DNA of 64,000 bases from Sphyrna mokarran (taxonomy: Eukaryota). Location: the NCBI GenBank assembly GCA_024679065.1, contig JAGIQG010000004.1, positions 105,710,001 through 105,774,000 of the forward strand, written 5' to 3'. Position numbers and translations under genes: made by a program. Shown here one piece after another: positions 48,151-61,130 of this stretch. A model generated the notes under the pieces. That model saw only the letters and a list, made by a program, of their open reading frames with translations, made no database searches and was not told where the DNA came from. Positions within the stretch are counted from its first letter, which is position 1. Every line of letters begins with the position of its first letter.

Positions 48151-48923
48151 ATGTAATATTATACAAAAATGATGCTGTTGTCTTTAAAGGTGGGCTTTAT
48201 AACCTGTATGAAGAGATTTCAAATGCGAAAATGCCAAATTATGTACTTCAGTGTAGTTTATTTTCTACTTACATGTACAAGTTATCCACGAATTCTTTAC
48301 CTTTTTTAACTGATGTGATGCAATTGGGATCTTACCATATTATTCTGTTAAAACTGACTTATGTGCTCCCACCTAGTCAGAAACTGAACTATGTGCTTAC
48401 AGAGAGAAATTTGGAGGAGTGGGAAGCTTTGAGAATTGATCCTTTGACTAGAAAGCAATTTGAAGCAAAATTTCAAGAGATGATGTATAAGATGATGTAG
48501 CACAATTGATGACTATTTATTTACATTTGCAGATTGAAATATTGCAGATTTCTGAACATTTTCACATCAAAAGTGTGAACTAATTGAGACTTCAATTCAT
48601 TTATTTTGATTACTTGAATTATATTTGAAATGTTTCATATGCAGTATCACTGAAACTTTTGTGGCAAAATGTTGGTTTGGCTCTGTGCATAAGGAAGTTC
48701 AAACCAATTTCAATTCAAGCTTGGAGTCAATAACATAATGTAACAGAACTCTGGAAATCAGCCATAACCTAAAGCATTTTAGTTTTTGATTTTCTAGGTC
48801 CAGACTTCGAAGACTTGACTCTTCCAAGTACAATGATCCGCTGCTTAAAAATTTGATGTGGTGGTTGGGTATATTTTGCAGTTGTGGGTGATGTTTTCTT
48901 TTTTTCTTCTCTGCCTTCTACAG

Positions 48924-48956
48924 AACCTTAACATAAAAACTTTGGCGGATGATGTG
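48924..48956 (+). CDS. DIAPH2: Diaphanous-related formin 2, 33-nt microexon (exon 2 by analogy with human), NLNIKTLADDV
   Basis: Strong acceptor ttcttctctgccttctacag, donor gtaagc, phase 0-0; matches human DIAPH2 NIQIKTLADDV, which directly precedes RDRITSFRKS. Confidence 0.92.
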
Positions 48957-50594
48957 GTAAGCCTGTTCTGGAATCTACTGTTCAATGTGCACCTTATTCA
49001 CTAAATCATGCATGCTAAAAATTGTAGTTCTTAACATTCCTTTGTAGAAATGGACATTAGTTGTTATGTTTGGGGAATAACCTGATACTAATGAGAACAC
49101 ATATTGCATTTCCTCAGTTTGGCTTGTAGTATTTTAAACCCACTCTTTCAGCTTGCTCAAATTAACTTGTTTGATACTCCATAGGATTGCATTAGTTAAA
49201 ATAGGACTTCTTTTTAAGATTTTTAAGCTTTCCAAGTTTATGACCTCTGTATATACTGTATAGAATAAATTTACAACTGCAAGAGAACAGAGATGGACAA
49301 TGAGTTGGTTAAATTTAAATTTTGGAAAATTGAATTCCACAGCCTGGTCTCTGGAAGAAGGAAGAGGTGAAATGGTAAAACCTATCACGACTTAGCATAT
49401 TTGAGTTCTGATCTTTTCAAGCAATAGGTGATTGTAATTAGTGAGCTCCTTTTGTGAGTAGAAAGTTCACAATTACAATTCAATCTAATGTATAAAGTTT
49501 TTTTCAAATGTATAAACTAAACTGCAATATTTGCAGAGCTGTGTTGGTCTCTACTGTATTTATACTGAGTGGATAAATTGAAAACGGTTGCATTAAACTC
49601 GGAATCCCGAATTGTTTATGCAAACAATTTGAACAGTAATGAGATCAATGAATTATACAAGTTATTCCATGTTAACTACTATACAGATTCTAAATTTATA
49701 TTTTAATGTGATAATAAATGGGATTGCCTGTTCCTGGTGACCATTATTTCATTAATCAGCATTCTAACCCAATGAAATTTAAGCCTACATAAGGTAACTT
49801 GAAAATGGGATTGCAAAATATAATGTTTTGAGATTGGATTGTTAAATTGTGTATGACACAAGCATATTCCATAATGAATGGATTTTCTTGGTATGTTTCT
49901 CATTATATGAAGATATTTATGTGAAGCTGATTTATTGGGCGGTGACTCAACCTACAGGCACTTCAACAAAATCAATCACAAACAAGCTATTTAAAAGCAT
50001 CTTTGTACTTAACAAGGTTTTCTTAACTTGCTTGTATTTTGTATGTTCTAACTATGCATGCCAAGCTAACAACTGATAGAAGACACTTAAATTAAAACAA
50101 TAGTTTTGTTGAATGTTCTATTACCTTGGTACAACATAGGTAAATCTTTCTTTATTGCATGATTATGATGACTTTACTGTTTAGATGACTGAGTTTAAAG
50201 TAGCTAAGTGTGCTTTTCTCCATCATTAGGTTTCCGCATGACCAATATTAAAAAAAAGCAGACAACTTTTAGACTGTTAATAACTGGTTTTGACTGCATT
50301 GTATGTGAGATTGTCTAAAAGGTCAAGCCTCTGCTCTACATCTTCCCCAGCAACAAACCGAGTTCAGGGATATGTCCTATGGGTTGCAAAGACCCAAAAC
50401 TACAACATACTATTGTATGATATTTTGTGTTGAAGCACTACTACTCTTTGGTTTATACACATAATACAACATAAGTTTGAACAGCTGACATTTTGATGCC
50501 TCTGTCACATTGGTGCTTCAGTGCTTATAGCTAACTCTTCAGTGAGACCATATCATAAAGAAAATATTTAGTATCTTGCATGATGATTGGATGT

Positions 50595-50930
50595 CATCTG
50601 AAGTGTAGCCACCTGTTATGACGTTTGAAATGTGGCAACCAATTTAGCTACAGCATGGCTGCACGAACAACAATGAGATAATAACTGGATAACCTGCTTT
50701 GTGTGATGTTGATTGAGGGACAAATATTGTCCAGGACACACTACTCCCTAGTTGTATGAAGTCAAGCCATAAACTCTTTAATGCCCATCTTTATTGTCTC
50801 ATCCAAAAGATGACAACTCTGACAATGCTCCATTTGAAGTGTCAGCCTCAACTGTTCTCACATTGGAGTGTGATTTGAACCAACAGCGTTGTTACTCAGT
50901 CAAGAGTGCTACCAAATAAACCATGGCTGG
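50595..50930 (-). mobile_element. Deu-domain SINE (SacSINE1/AmnSINE1 superfamily), old
   Basis: GATGTTGATTGAGGGACAAATATTGTCCAGGACA, TCTCATCCAAAAGATGACAACTCTGACA, and a tRNA-like head GGTTCAAATC on the minus strand. Confidence 0.7.
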
Positions 50931-51355
50931 TGAAATGGAATCTTTTCTTCAAGATTCATTTTGTTTGTCCTCATTTTGGTTTAAAGGAATCCCCTAGAAT
51001 AAGGGCAAAAAGTTATTTTAAAGCAAGCTATGATTGCATGTATATTCGTGAGAGTTTGATCTTTTAAAGTGTTAGATGCATCAAATTTCCAAGTAAATTG
51101 AAAACCTAATTTATCTCCTAATTTCCTCTGTGCATGGGTATTTGAATGGTAAAAAGTGTAGCTTTTCATTTAGTACTCAACAATAATTGTACTGCTTTGT
51201 CACAAATGAGGCATGAGATTATATTTTTTTCATATAAAATCCTTGGAAATGTGCATGCTTTTGTAAAGAATGTGCTTGTAATAGAATATTTAAGACAAAT
51301 ATAAATACAAAGTTTTTTGTGGGATGATTTTAATATAATTTATTTATTTTAACAG

Positions 51356-51529
51356 CGTGACAGATTAACCAGTTTTCGAAAGTCAGCTACGAAAAAAGAG
51401 AAACCTCACATACAACATCCTACTGACTCGACAGCTATGTGTGACTTGCCACTAGCACAACCAGTTTTTGAGGAATGTTTTATGAATCTTTCTGAGAAGG
51501 AGATTTTAGATCTCTTTGAAAAGATGATG
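51356..51529 (+). CDS. DIAPH2: Diaphanous-related formin 2, internal exon (start of GTPase-binding region): RDRLTSFRKSATKKEKPHIQHPTDSTAMCDLPLAQPVFEECFMNLSEKEILDLFEKMM
   Basis: Acceptor ttattttaacag, donor gtaagt, 174 nt open, phase 0-0; closely matches human DIAPH2 RDRITSFRKSTVKKEKPLIQHP...NLSEKEVLDLFEKMM. Confidence 0.96.
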
Positions 51530-53529
51530 GTAAGTACTGTTGTTTTTAAAATTAAATACTAATAAAATAAATTTGAATAAAATTAAATTTCATAAGTTCT
51601 GTAATACTTAACTGACCAAACTTCTTCAGATGTTTCTCACTCCAAATGACAAACTAAGTTACTAGTAGCTCTGTGCATGTGTAGTTGCGTTTCTAGAGAC
51701 ATTTATGTGATGTGGTGAGCTGCACAATATTTTTTAAAAATTGTGCAACGTGTAGCAGGGTCAGATTGCATTCAAAGATGTCAACATTACTGTTCCTTTT
51801 TTAATGCAGTAAATGTGGATACTATTATATTCACCCAATGAAGTCCTGCAGAATATTTTTTGATATTTTATAAAAGTTAAAGCTTATTTTTACAAGACTT
51901 ATTATTTTGAAGGAAGCTGAGAAAGAGGAGACTTTATCAATATTTTTAGGCATTATTCATGTAAATGTGTTTTCATAAAATAAGCCCTTGAGCTGCACTG
52001 GTAAATATGATGCAACGTTATTTCAAGAATTGCCAGGTGAAACCAAAGTCACGATCATACAAATCATTTTCAATCAAGGAATAATACTAAATTTGCCTCA
52101 CTTTGTTGGAGGTGACCTTTATGTTATGTAGTGTCGACACCTTTGCTGAATCATGTTGCATAATATGTGTTGTTGGCTTGGAAGTACTGGACATGAAAAC
52201 AAAACCATTATTTGCTCTAATATCTTGATTATAGCATTATCCACCTCCTTGCTGTAAATGAGGAAGTTCCATATACTATATTGTAGGAATGCTTTCTATT
52301 CCACCCATTCCTAACTTTATTGATGTACCTGCACTTTTTTGTTCTACTATTCTTTTTACTGCCCTAATTAGTATGTATGTGGCTTTTTTATTAGTTAAAC
52401 TAGCAACTGCCAATTATTTATTCAAAATTCCAATTAGTTAAGAATTTGACCGTAACCTGTCAGGACATCCTCTTCTCGCTCTTCCCTAAACAGCCTTGTG
52501 CGCTTTTCCCATTCCAACTAACCATTGGAACATAAGAAAAGTACTGGAAAGTAAGAAAAGTTGCAAAGGAAAAAACTGGCTGGCCCATTGAAACTGTCTC
52601 AAACAGCTAATGTGCAATTAAATGTTGTTCTTTGCTCAGAACAAAAAAAGCTGAGAAATTTTGAACCTTTAATAATATTTACAATGCCTCGTTTGTGGTA
52701 TTATTTTACTGAATTTTTCTATATTTTTACTGTGGTTTTAATACATTTCCTGTGATTAGGTGCCCCAAACTGTGTGTAATATTTTAACTATGATTGACCA
52801 ATGTCTTAGAAAAGGAGTACTTGGTGCCATGGATATTAGGAAGGGAGAAGGTGCAATAGATAATTACAATAGGTGTTGATGACTTTCACTCCCTGCCTCA
52901 GTTTCAGGCATTGATGAATTTCATACTCTGCTTTGTTTACACAGTTGATAAATTTCATTCCCTGCTTTGTTTTAGGCATGGCAGATTTAACCCATGTCTC
53001 AGTTTTAGTTTTAATTATTAGTGGATTTCACTCTTTTGCTCATAGCAACACTTGTGCTTGCATGAGAAAATCCCACGAGGGAAGCAAGCATTTGGCAGTG
53101 TGTGGAGGGGGTGGTAGTGAATGAATAGTGGGCATTGAAGAGGAAGCATTCCTTTTGGAATGCTGATTGGACAGGGAAAAGTTTTGGGTAGTGGCATTGT
53201 GATGCAAGTGGTGAATTATTTCAATAGAGTTGTTTTAAACTCTTGAATGTATGCACCCTGTGGGATGGAAGATGAGATCAAGCAGAAGCAGTAAGAGCAC
53301 AAGTACAGGAAATGAGGTAGTGAGACCCATGGTTTTTACCTTAGGCATGCTTGCAAAATTGAAGTCCAGTGCGTGAAACTCAGCTTTTGAAAGAGCAAAT
53401 GTGCAAACATCATGGTTCCATCAATGCACTTTTTCTTAACCTAAACAAATGTTTTTCCTCCTAATTTTGTGTGGTTTTTCCTTTAGTCATTTGCGCTTGT
53501 CAAAGTGGCTGTAAATTTTCTTATTGTCA

Positions 53530-55520
53530 CTCATCATTGAGTAAAATGGAATAGGTGGCCAAACATGGCTTACAAGGTAACTTAGTATTAGATCAAAGAG
53601 AGAGGCATACAAACTTGGTTAAGAAAAACAACAGATCTGAGGATTGGGAGCATTTTAGTATTCAGTAAAGGAGGACCAAGGGACTGATTAAGAAGGTGAA
53701 AATAGAGTACAATAATAAGCTTGCGGGGAACATAAAAACTGGCTATAAATGTTTCTGTAGGGATGTGAGGAGAAAAAGGCTGGTAAGGATAAAGGTATGT
53801 TCTTTGTAATCAGAATCAGTGGAATTTATAATAGGGAACAAAGAAATGGCTGACTAACTGAATATACAGTTTGGTTCTGTTACAGAGGAGGACACAAATA
53901 AGATAGCAGAAATGTTTAGAACAAGGCTTTAGTGAGAGGATTTGATGGACATCAGTATTAGTATTGAAATGTGTTGGGAAAACTGATGGGATTGAAGGCT
54001 GATAAATCCCCAGAGCTTGATAATCTATATCCCAGAGTACTGAAGGAAGTGGTTCAAGAAATAATAAATGAATTGGTGACCATCTTTCAAGATTTTATGG
54101 ATTCTGGAACAGTGCTTACAGACTGGATTACAATAGTTCAAGAAAGCAATTAATGTAATCACCATTTCCTCCCCCCCCCCCCCCCGACCCCTGCCAAATG
54201 TAAAAAGGGAAGTGGAAAGAAAACAATTACACAGTGGTAAACCTGATGTTCGTAGTGGGCTAATTCTAGAATCCCTGTCAAAGATTTTATATCAAAACAT
54301 TGGTAACATTGGATAGAGTCGGCATGCATTTATGGAAGGGCAATCATGCTTGACAAATATGCAATTCTTTGAGGATGTAACCAGTAAAGTTGAAGAGAGG
54401 GAGCCAGTGGATGTGATTTAGTAGAGATTAGCGTGTAAGGTTAAAACGTATAGAATTGGTGATAATGTATTGAGATAGATAGAAAACTGGTTGGGAAGAG
54501 GAAACAAAGAGTAAGATTGAACGGGTCTTTTTCCAAATGGCAGGCAGTGACTAGTGGGGTACCACAGGGATCTGTGTTAGAACTCCAGCTATTAACTATT
54601 ATTAATGATTTAAATGAGGGAACTAAATGTAATATCTCCACTTCGGCAAATGATACAAAGCTGAGTGGGAGTGAAATTTGTAAGGAGGGTGAGGAGATCC
54701 TTCAGTGTGATTTGGACAAGTTGAATGGATAAATGACTTGCAGATGCAGTGTAGTTTGGATAAATGTGAGGTTATCCACTTTAGTAGTAAAAACTGGAAA
54801 GCAGATTACCATTTGAATGGCTATAAATTAGGAGAGAGGGGAATGTGCAGTGGGACTTGGGTGAGCTTGTACACCAGTTGCTGAAGCATGCAGGCAGTAA
54901 AGAGAAATGGTATGTTGGCTTTCATAGTGAGAGATTTCAAGCATAGGAACAAGGATGTTTTGATTGTAATTGCACAGAGCCTTGGTGAGACCATACCTGG
55001 AAATTTCTGTGAAGTTTTGATCTCCGAATCTGAAGAAGAATGTTCTTGCTATTTAGGGAGTGCAAAGAAGGTTTACCAGACAAATTCCTGGGATGGCAGG
55101 ATTAACATATGAGGAGAGATTTGAGGTTGTAATAACTGGTGCTTAGAGGAATGAGGGAGGACCTCATAGAAATCTATAAAATTCTAGCAGAATTAGATGG
55201 TGTAGATGCAAGAAGGACATTCCCGATGGTGGGGATGTCCAGAAACAAAGGTCACAATCTGAGGATACAAGGTATACTGTTTAGGACAGAGATGAGATAT
55301 TCTTATCCAGAGAGCGGTTAGCCTGTGGAATTTGTTACCAAAGAAATTAGTTGAGGCCAAAACATTATATGTTTTTCAAGAAGCAGTTAGATATAGCACT
55401 TGAAGTGAAGGGGGTCAAAGGATAGGGGGGAAGGCAGGATCAAGAATTAGATGATCAGCCATGATCATGAATAGTGACCCAGCTCTAAGATCCAGCTCTA
55501 CTGGTCTCTTCCTGCTCCTA
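53530..55520 (+). mobile_element. CR1 LINE ORF2, disrupted
   Basis: GKLMGLKADKSPELDNLYPRVLKE, VTSGVPQGSVL, GMLAFIVR, EDLIEIYKIL; CR1 tail. Confidence 0.85.
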
Positions 55521-55809
55521 CTTTTTATCTTTGTAAGAATAACTGACCTGTAGTTATCCAGTTTATCCTCCTTCCTGATTTTAAATAAGGCCATAATATT
55601 TATGATCCTTGGACACCATCTTGTACCTGAGGAGGATTGGGAGATTATGGGCAATTTTGTTGCAATTTGTAAACTTGCTTCTCTCAGCAACCTGAGATTC
55701 ATCCAAACCAGGTGATATCCACTAAAAGTTGATTGACAGCACCATTTGAACCTTGAATTTTTACCATATGGAAGAAAAAGGGTCGCAGGGACCAGTACAA
55801 GATCCCTTC

Positions 55810-56000
55810 CAAGTTGCACATCACCCTAACGTAATGTTCTCTCAAATGCTGAATCAGAGTCTTGAATTTTCTCCTAGACATCACTGCAAGTGCACTTACA
55901 CAATATGGACTGCAATAGTTCAAGAAAGCAGCTCATCACCACCTGAAAGACAATTAGAGTAGCTTTGCTGGTGTCACGTCCATTCTGTGAACAAATAAAA
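55810..56000 (+). mobile_element. Family B LINE 3' end inside an old minus-strand CR1 fragment (about 55520-56450)
   Basis: ATGGACTGCAATAGTTCAAGAAAGCAGCTCATCACCACC..GTGAACAAATAAAA. Confidence 0.6.
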
Positions 56001-57451
56001 ATTAGTATGGCTATCTTTTATTGTACCTCTATCTACTTCTAAAATTCTCACTTAGTATTCTGGCAGCCTCCTTTTTACCATAATTTTGGCAGAGTCCTTT
56101 TGGTAAACATGGATGCAATAAACTCATTCAGTACCACAGCCAGTGGACTAATAGATCCCTATTTGAATCCTTAATTAATCCCACTTTTTCTCTGCTGATT
56201 TTATTTTTGTCTGTTTGCTCCTCTTATTGCTTTTTCTTTCTTTACTTTTAATATTCAACCTTATTTTCCTTTGTATTATCAAGCTGACACCTGCCTAATA
56301 CCAATCTTTTCATTTTATTTTAACTCCTTTGTGATCTCAGAGCTAGGGTTTTATTTGTGCCTCATTTCCTTCTTGGTGTTTCTGACTGTATCTGAACTAT
56401 CTTATCTTTGAAGGCCACTCACTCATTGTCCATTAAAAAAAATCGAGACAGTCATAAATACTGTAGAATGTCTAATTTCGATTGCAAACACTTTGATAAC
56501 ATGGCAATGTCACTGGTTAAAACAAATAGTAGATTTTTCAGGAATATAATAACAAAAATAACTGAATGCTTTCAAATTCAAAACTAGTTGCTATCGATTT
56601 GTAGTGTGGCTGTGTTCAATGTTGATGTGCAATTTCTGTTATCAGCAAAATGCAGCTAATGTATCCTGGACATTGAGCCAGTTTTGCTGAGGTAAAATCA
56701 CGTTGATATCATTGTTCAAACTCGTTCACAAAAGTTAAAATGTAAAATCTATTATGAATCGATTCTAAAGCAAGATAATCAGTTTGTTGTTGGCATAAGA
56801 ACAGCATTGCCAGCAAATGAATGATTTGTCACTTTTTAAACTGAGGAGATTAATTGGTTGATTTAATGCCCTTGGTCTTCCTTTTTAATTGGTTTCAGTT
56901 TAATGCTGGTCACTATTGACTTCAATTAACTAATTACTACAACAGAGCATGACGCATCTATGTGGCTTCAATTGACTACTGGTCAAGGTCGTGGATCAGT
57001 TTGAAGTATTGGCAGAATAAGGATTAAGCTGTTAATTGGATATAAATCATTCAAACTCCAGACTTGTGTTTCTGATTCAAATATGTTTGTACACTAGTTT
57101 AAAACAAAAACATAAATTCACAAGATAATAGGGAGGTTATTCAACTCACTTTTGGAAAGATCTTCAAGTTTCTTCTCTGATTTCATTACTTAATTTCTTA
57201 AATTATTTCAATATTTTTCATTTTTAGTTTGGAAGCATGTTGATGACTCTCCCTTTTCCCTTGGAAATTAATACCCCTCTGGGGAAGACATAGTTGCTCA
57301 GGTCCTCTCCAATGAATACTTGGAAGAGGGAACTGTCGATATTTACTGTTATGTGATCATCCTGCTTGTATCTCTTATGATTTTCACCTCATTTCTTAAT
57401 TATCGACTTATATTGCAGTTCTAAAATTGGTTTTGTATCCTTTAATGCAAT

Positions 57452-58209
57452 GGCCCATAACTTGCAGGTTTCCCAGCATCACATAAGACTCCCCAATGAT
57501 GCACCGAAGAAATCCCTCCAGGATTCGCCATGTAAGGGTTTACCTAGCCAGAAGTGCTGACTTCCTCTGGACAATTGCACCACGCTGGGAACCATCCAAA
57601 GTAATTTAAATTGCTAAGTTCAGATGATTCTGCCACTTTCAATCTGATAGTTACTCTATCTTCACCCACCACTGTTCCAAATTCTCTGTGGCTCCAGTAC
57701 AGGATGCGTGCATGTACACACACCCGACCTCTTGTTCTTTCCTTTTGGCCCCTCTGTAAGCCACTGATCTTTACAGCAGATACTGACGCACAAAGTGGCT
57801 AGTACCTCACAGCACCAGGGACCTAGGTTCAATTCTGGTCTCAGGTTACTATATCTGTGGAGTTGGCACGTTCTGCTGTGGAGTGTTCTGGTTTCCTCTG
57901 GGTGTTCCGTTTCCTCCCAGAGTCCAAAGATGTGCAGGCTACGTTGATTGGCTGTGCTAAATTGACCTTTGTGTCAGGGGATTAGCAGGGTAAATATGTG
58001 AGGTTATGGAAATATGGCCTAGGTGGTTTTGTAGTTGGAGTAGACTTGATGGGCCGAATGGCCACCTCCTGCATGTAGGGATTCTATAATTCTGAAAAGG
58101 AGGCCTGAGCGTGAAAGGTTGGACAAGATGGGAGCTGTGTAATTTCAGTAAAGATAAGTCTGTCGCGAGTGGCATCTGATGGAAGTTCCCACTCTGGAAG
58201 TTACAGGCC
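57452..58209. mobile_element. Probable Harbinger/PIF-type non-autonomous element containing an HE1 insertion
   Basis: Imperfect TIRs GGCCCATAACTTGCAG / CTGGAAGTTACAGGCC. Confidence 0.45.
57787..58094 (+). mobile_element. Full-length HE1 (V-SINE)
   Basis: tRNA-derived head with B box GGTTCAATTC, V domain (GGTTTCCTCTGGGTGTTCCGTTTCCTCCC), CR1-type tail ATGGGCCGAATGGCC..GGGATTCTATAATTCT. Confidence 0.85.
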
Positions 58210-58317
58210 AAGATGTTTGTATTTTTTTTGAGTCTCTCCACTCGCAATCAATTTTACATAGTTCTGCATAGATTTTGATGAGCATCTTCCCTTGCAGGAT
58301 TTGGCGAGTACAGTTTT

Positions 58318-58400
58318 ACTTTTTAAAGTAAAAGTTCATTTATTAGTCACGAGTAAGGTTTACATTAACTCTGCAATGAAGTTACTGTGAAATTCCCCAA
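58318..58400 (-). mobile_element. SINE tail, same family as 38853-38970
   Basis: TTTATTAGTCACGAGTAAGGTTTACATTAACTCTGCAATGAAGTTACTGTGAAATTCCCC. Confidence 0.55.
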
Positions 58401-59119
58401 CTTCTCTGCACAATGGTTCCATTTTTCTGTCCTGAAGAGAAAAGATGAACATATCAGTTAATAATTCTTTAGCAAATTAGGAATCGAATGCTGAATATTT
58501 TTATCAATTGATTTGCTATGCTTAGAGGTTATTTTTTAGCCCTCTGATTGGGTTTCTCTTTGATATCAACTGTAAGCTTTGTCAGTTTTCAACATGTGGT
58601 TTCATTTTACTTCTGGTGATTCATTTGGAGATGACATATACTGTCAAGACCTAACTATGCACAAATGTACACAGTTATTGCTTTGTCCAAGGGAGCACTG
58701 TTATCCATATGGCGATTGATGGGATGAAATGAAAACTTACTTGTACTTCAGTTATTGTCATTGAATGAAGTGACAATCCATAGAAACTAGAAAATGACTT
58801 GAATAAAGAAAGGAAAATTCCTTCGGTCAGATCTAGTCAAGATTGTAAACTGTATTTATTCACAAGATGTGGGCATCACTGGCAATTCTGCTGGGCATTC
58901 TGGTCTATGTTTCTATCAATCTCGTTATAATAGTTCTCATCATATATGATTCTGATTAGACTATCCTAATTTATTTAGCACTACTGTAGCTTTTAGAAAA
59001 TCTATAAATGCTGTAAGTGAGATTATTAGGCTGTTAAATAGTATGGCTGGAATCTTTGAATGCACTTTATTGTTCACATATCTCACCAAACCCTTCTTTG
59101 ACTGCAGTTCTCAACTCTA

Positions 59120-59400
59120 CAATCTCTATCTAACCCCTACAGGATAAGGGCAGCCGGTGCATGGGAACGTCTATCTCCAAGTTACATCCAACTTCCCCTT
59201 CAAGTCGCAGATCATTCTGACTAGATTGCATTCCTTAATCATCATGAAGTTAAACTCCTGGAGTGTTCAATGTAACAGCACTGTGGGAGTATATTCACAA
59301 CACAGACTGCACTGATGAACGTCTGCTTGAGGAGAATTAGTGATTAATGGCAATAAATTCTGGTCTTGTCAGTGATGCCCACATCTCGTGAACAAATAAG
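59120..59400 (+). mobile_element. Family B LINE 3' end
   Basis: AGGATAAGGGCAGC..CATGGGAAC..AACAGCACTGTGGGAGTA..GATGCCCACATCTCGTGAAC. Confidence 0.7.
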
Positions 59401-60599
59401 TTTACAATCTTGACTAGGTCTGACTGAAGGAATTTTCCTCTCCTTACTCGAGTCATTTTCTGGTTTATCCAAGAGATATTCCGTTGTATTTCACATACAT
59501 TCAAATTCTATTTGCTGACATTGAAAATTGGGATCTTTATCTTTATTTCACAGTTTATTCAAATAGTTCTTTGGTCTTGTATTTTCCAATTCTTTTCCAA
59601 TGGTGTTATCTAGTTCAGCAGCTACTTTAGTGAGTTCAGTTGACTGTTTCAGAACCCTTATACAAGCAGGACATCACATGCAGAATCACATGCAGATTCA
59701 GTCAATTGCAGAATTTTTCTTCCATGGACACTGACTGCTCCTTAGAGTCAGTTAGATGCTCAATTTGTTATTTCAAATTTTCCTTATCTGTTTTAAAGTC
59801 TTGGTTTACTCTTCTAAGTCACACACCTCATTCTTTTTGTTCTTTAAATCATTGAAATTCAAGCATTTCATTGCTCTTTTCGTAATGAAATTCCAACATT
59901 TTCAGTTTTGGTCTTTAATTCTACATTCAGCCAAATGTTCTGATTCATCAACAATTACTTGTGGCAGATACTCAAGTGTTTCTGATCAGTTGTTTTTCAT
60001 TAACAAATTCATCTTTTGTGTGTGAAGGTTCTTATGTTTGGTTACATCAATTTTTTAGGAATTTGACAAGATCAGCATGATCACAGTCATCACTGTTATC
60101 ATCCACATTGGCCAGGTCATTACAGAATCTAAAATCCACCCTTTCAGTTGATGAAAGTGGGAACGAATGAACGTTAACAATTCCCTTCAGTAATTTCTGC
60201 ATAAATTGGCTTTACACAAGGGAACAGGATCATAAGTCTCAAATCAATGTCTGTAATGATACTTTCTTCTTTCATCAAACTGGCTAGAACAAAAATTGAA
60301 TCATCAGCCATCATTAATGACTGATCTGCTCCAGTGTGTTTCAAAATGTTAGTTTGTTTACTTGTTTTGTTGGAGGAGTAAGGAAACATTTGTTTGAGAC
60401 AAAATCACCTGTAGTCTGATTCACTTGAGGAAGAATTCTCTTAACTATTGTGAGCCATATTCCCACCTTCCAGTCAGTTCTGAGGGAACACACTTCACTT
60501 GTACTAATGCTATAATTTTAACACCCATTCCTTCCTCTTACTTAGCCTTTTCTAAAAACCCCTTAAGCATTTTTATTAATGTCAACAGTTTCTGTTCAG

Positions 60600-61130
60600 T
60601 TCATTTTTTTAAAGTTTTATTCATGGATTGTGGTCATTGCTGACCTATAATTTCTCTTGAAAAAGTGTTAGTGAGCTGTCTTCTTGAAACATGGCAGTCC
60701 ATGTGCTGCAGGTACATCCACAATTTTGTTGAGGGATTTTGATCCAGTGATAGTGAAGTATTTGGGATGATCAGGATGGTGAATAGCTTGGAGGGGAACT
60801 TTCAGGTGATGATGTCCCCATGTGTTGGCTGCCCTTGTCCTTCTAGATGGTATTGATTGTGAATTTGAAAGCTGCTGCCCAAGGAGATGTGGTGAGTTCT
60901 TGTAGTGCATCTTGTCGATGGTATGGAATTCTGCACTGTGCGTCCGTGGCAGAGGCAGTGGATGTTTGTAGGATGCCAATCAAGTAAGCTCCTTTGTCAT
61001 CAGTGATGTCAAACTTCTTGAGTGCTGTTGGAGCTGCACTCATGCAGGCAAATGGAGAGTATTCCACTACACTCTTGACTCGTACCTTGTAGAATAGTGG
61101 ACAGGTTTTGTGGAGTCTGGGAGGAAGTAC
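60600..61130 (-). mobile_element. Family B LINE 3' part
   Basis: MEYSPFACMSAAPTALKKFD, IPSRRTRAANTW, HGLPCFKKTAH. Confidence 0.75.

Larger units (their letters stand above)
48850..51355 (+). promoter_or_regulatory. Splicing-regulatory motif cluster around the microexon (TGCATG x7, ACTAAY, GU-rich, TCTCTGC)
   Basis: TGCATG at 49009, 50055, 50156, 50577, 51035, 51131, 51252; ACTAAT at 49087; GTGGTGG at 48858; function inferred. Confidence 0.55.

Noticed and set aside
59674-59697. Tandem ATCACATGCAGA x2
   Set aside because: Simple local duplication inside a dead retroelement.
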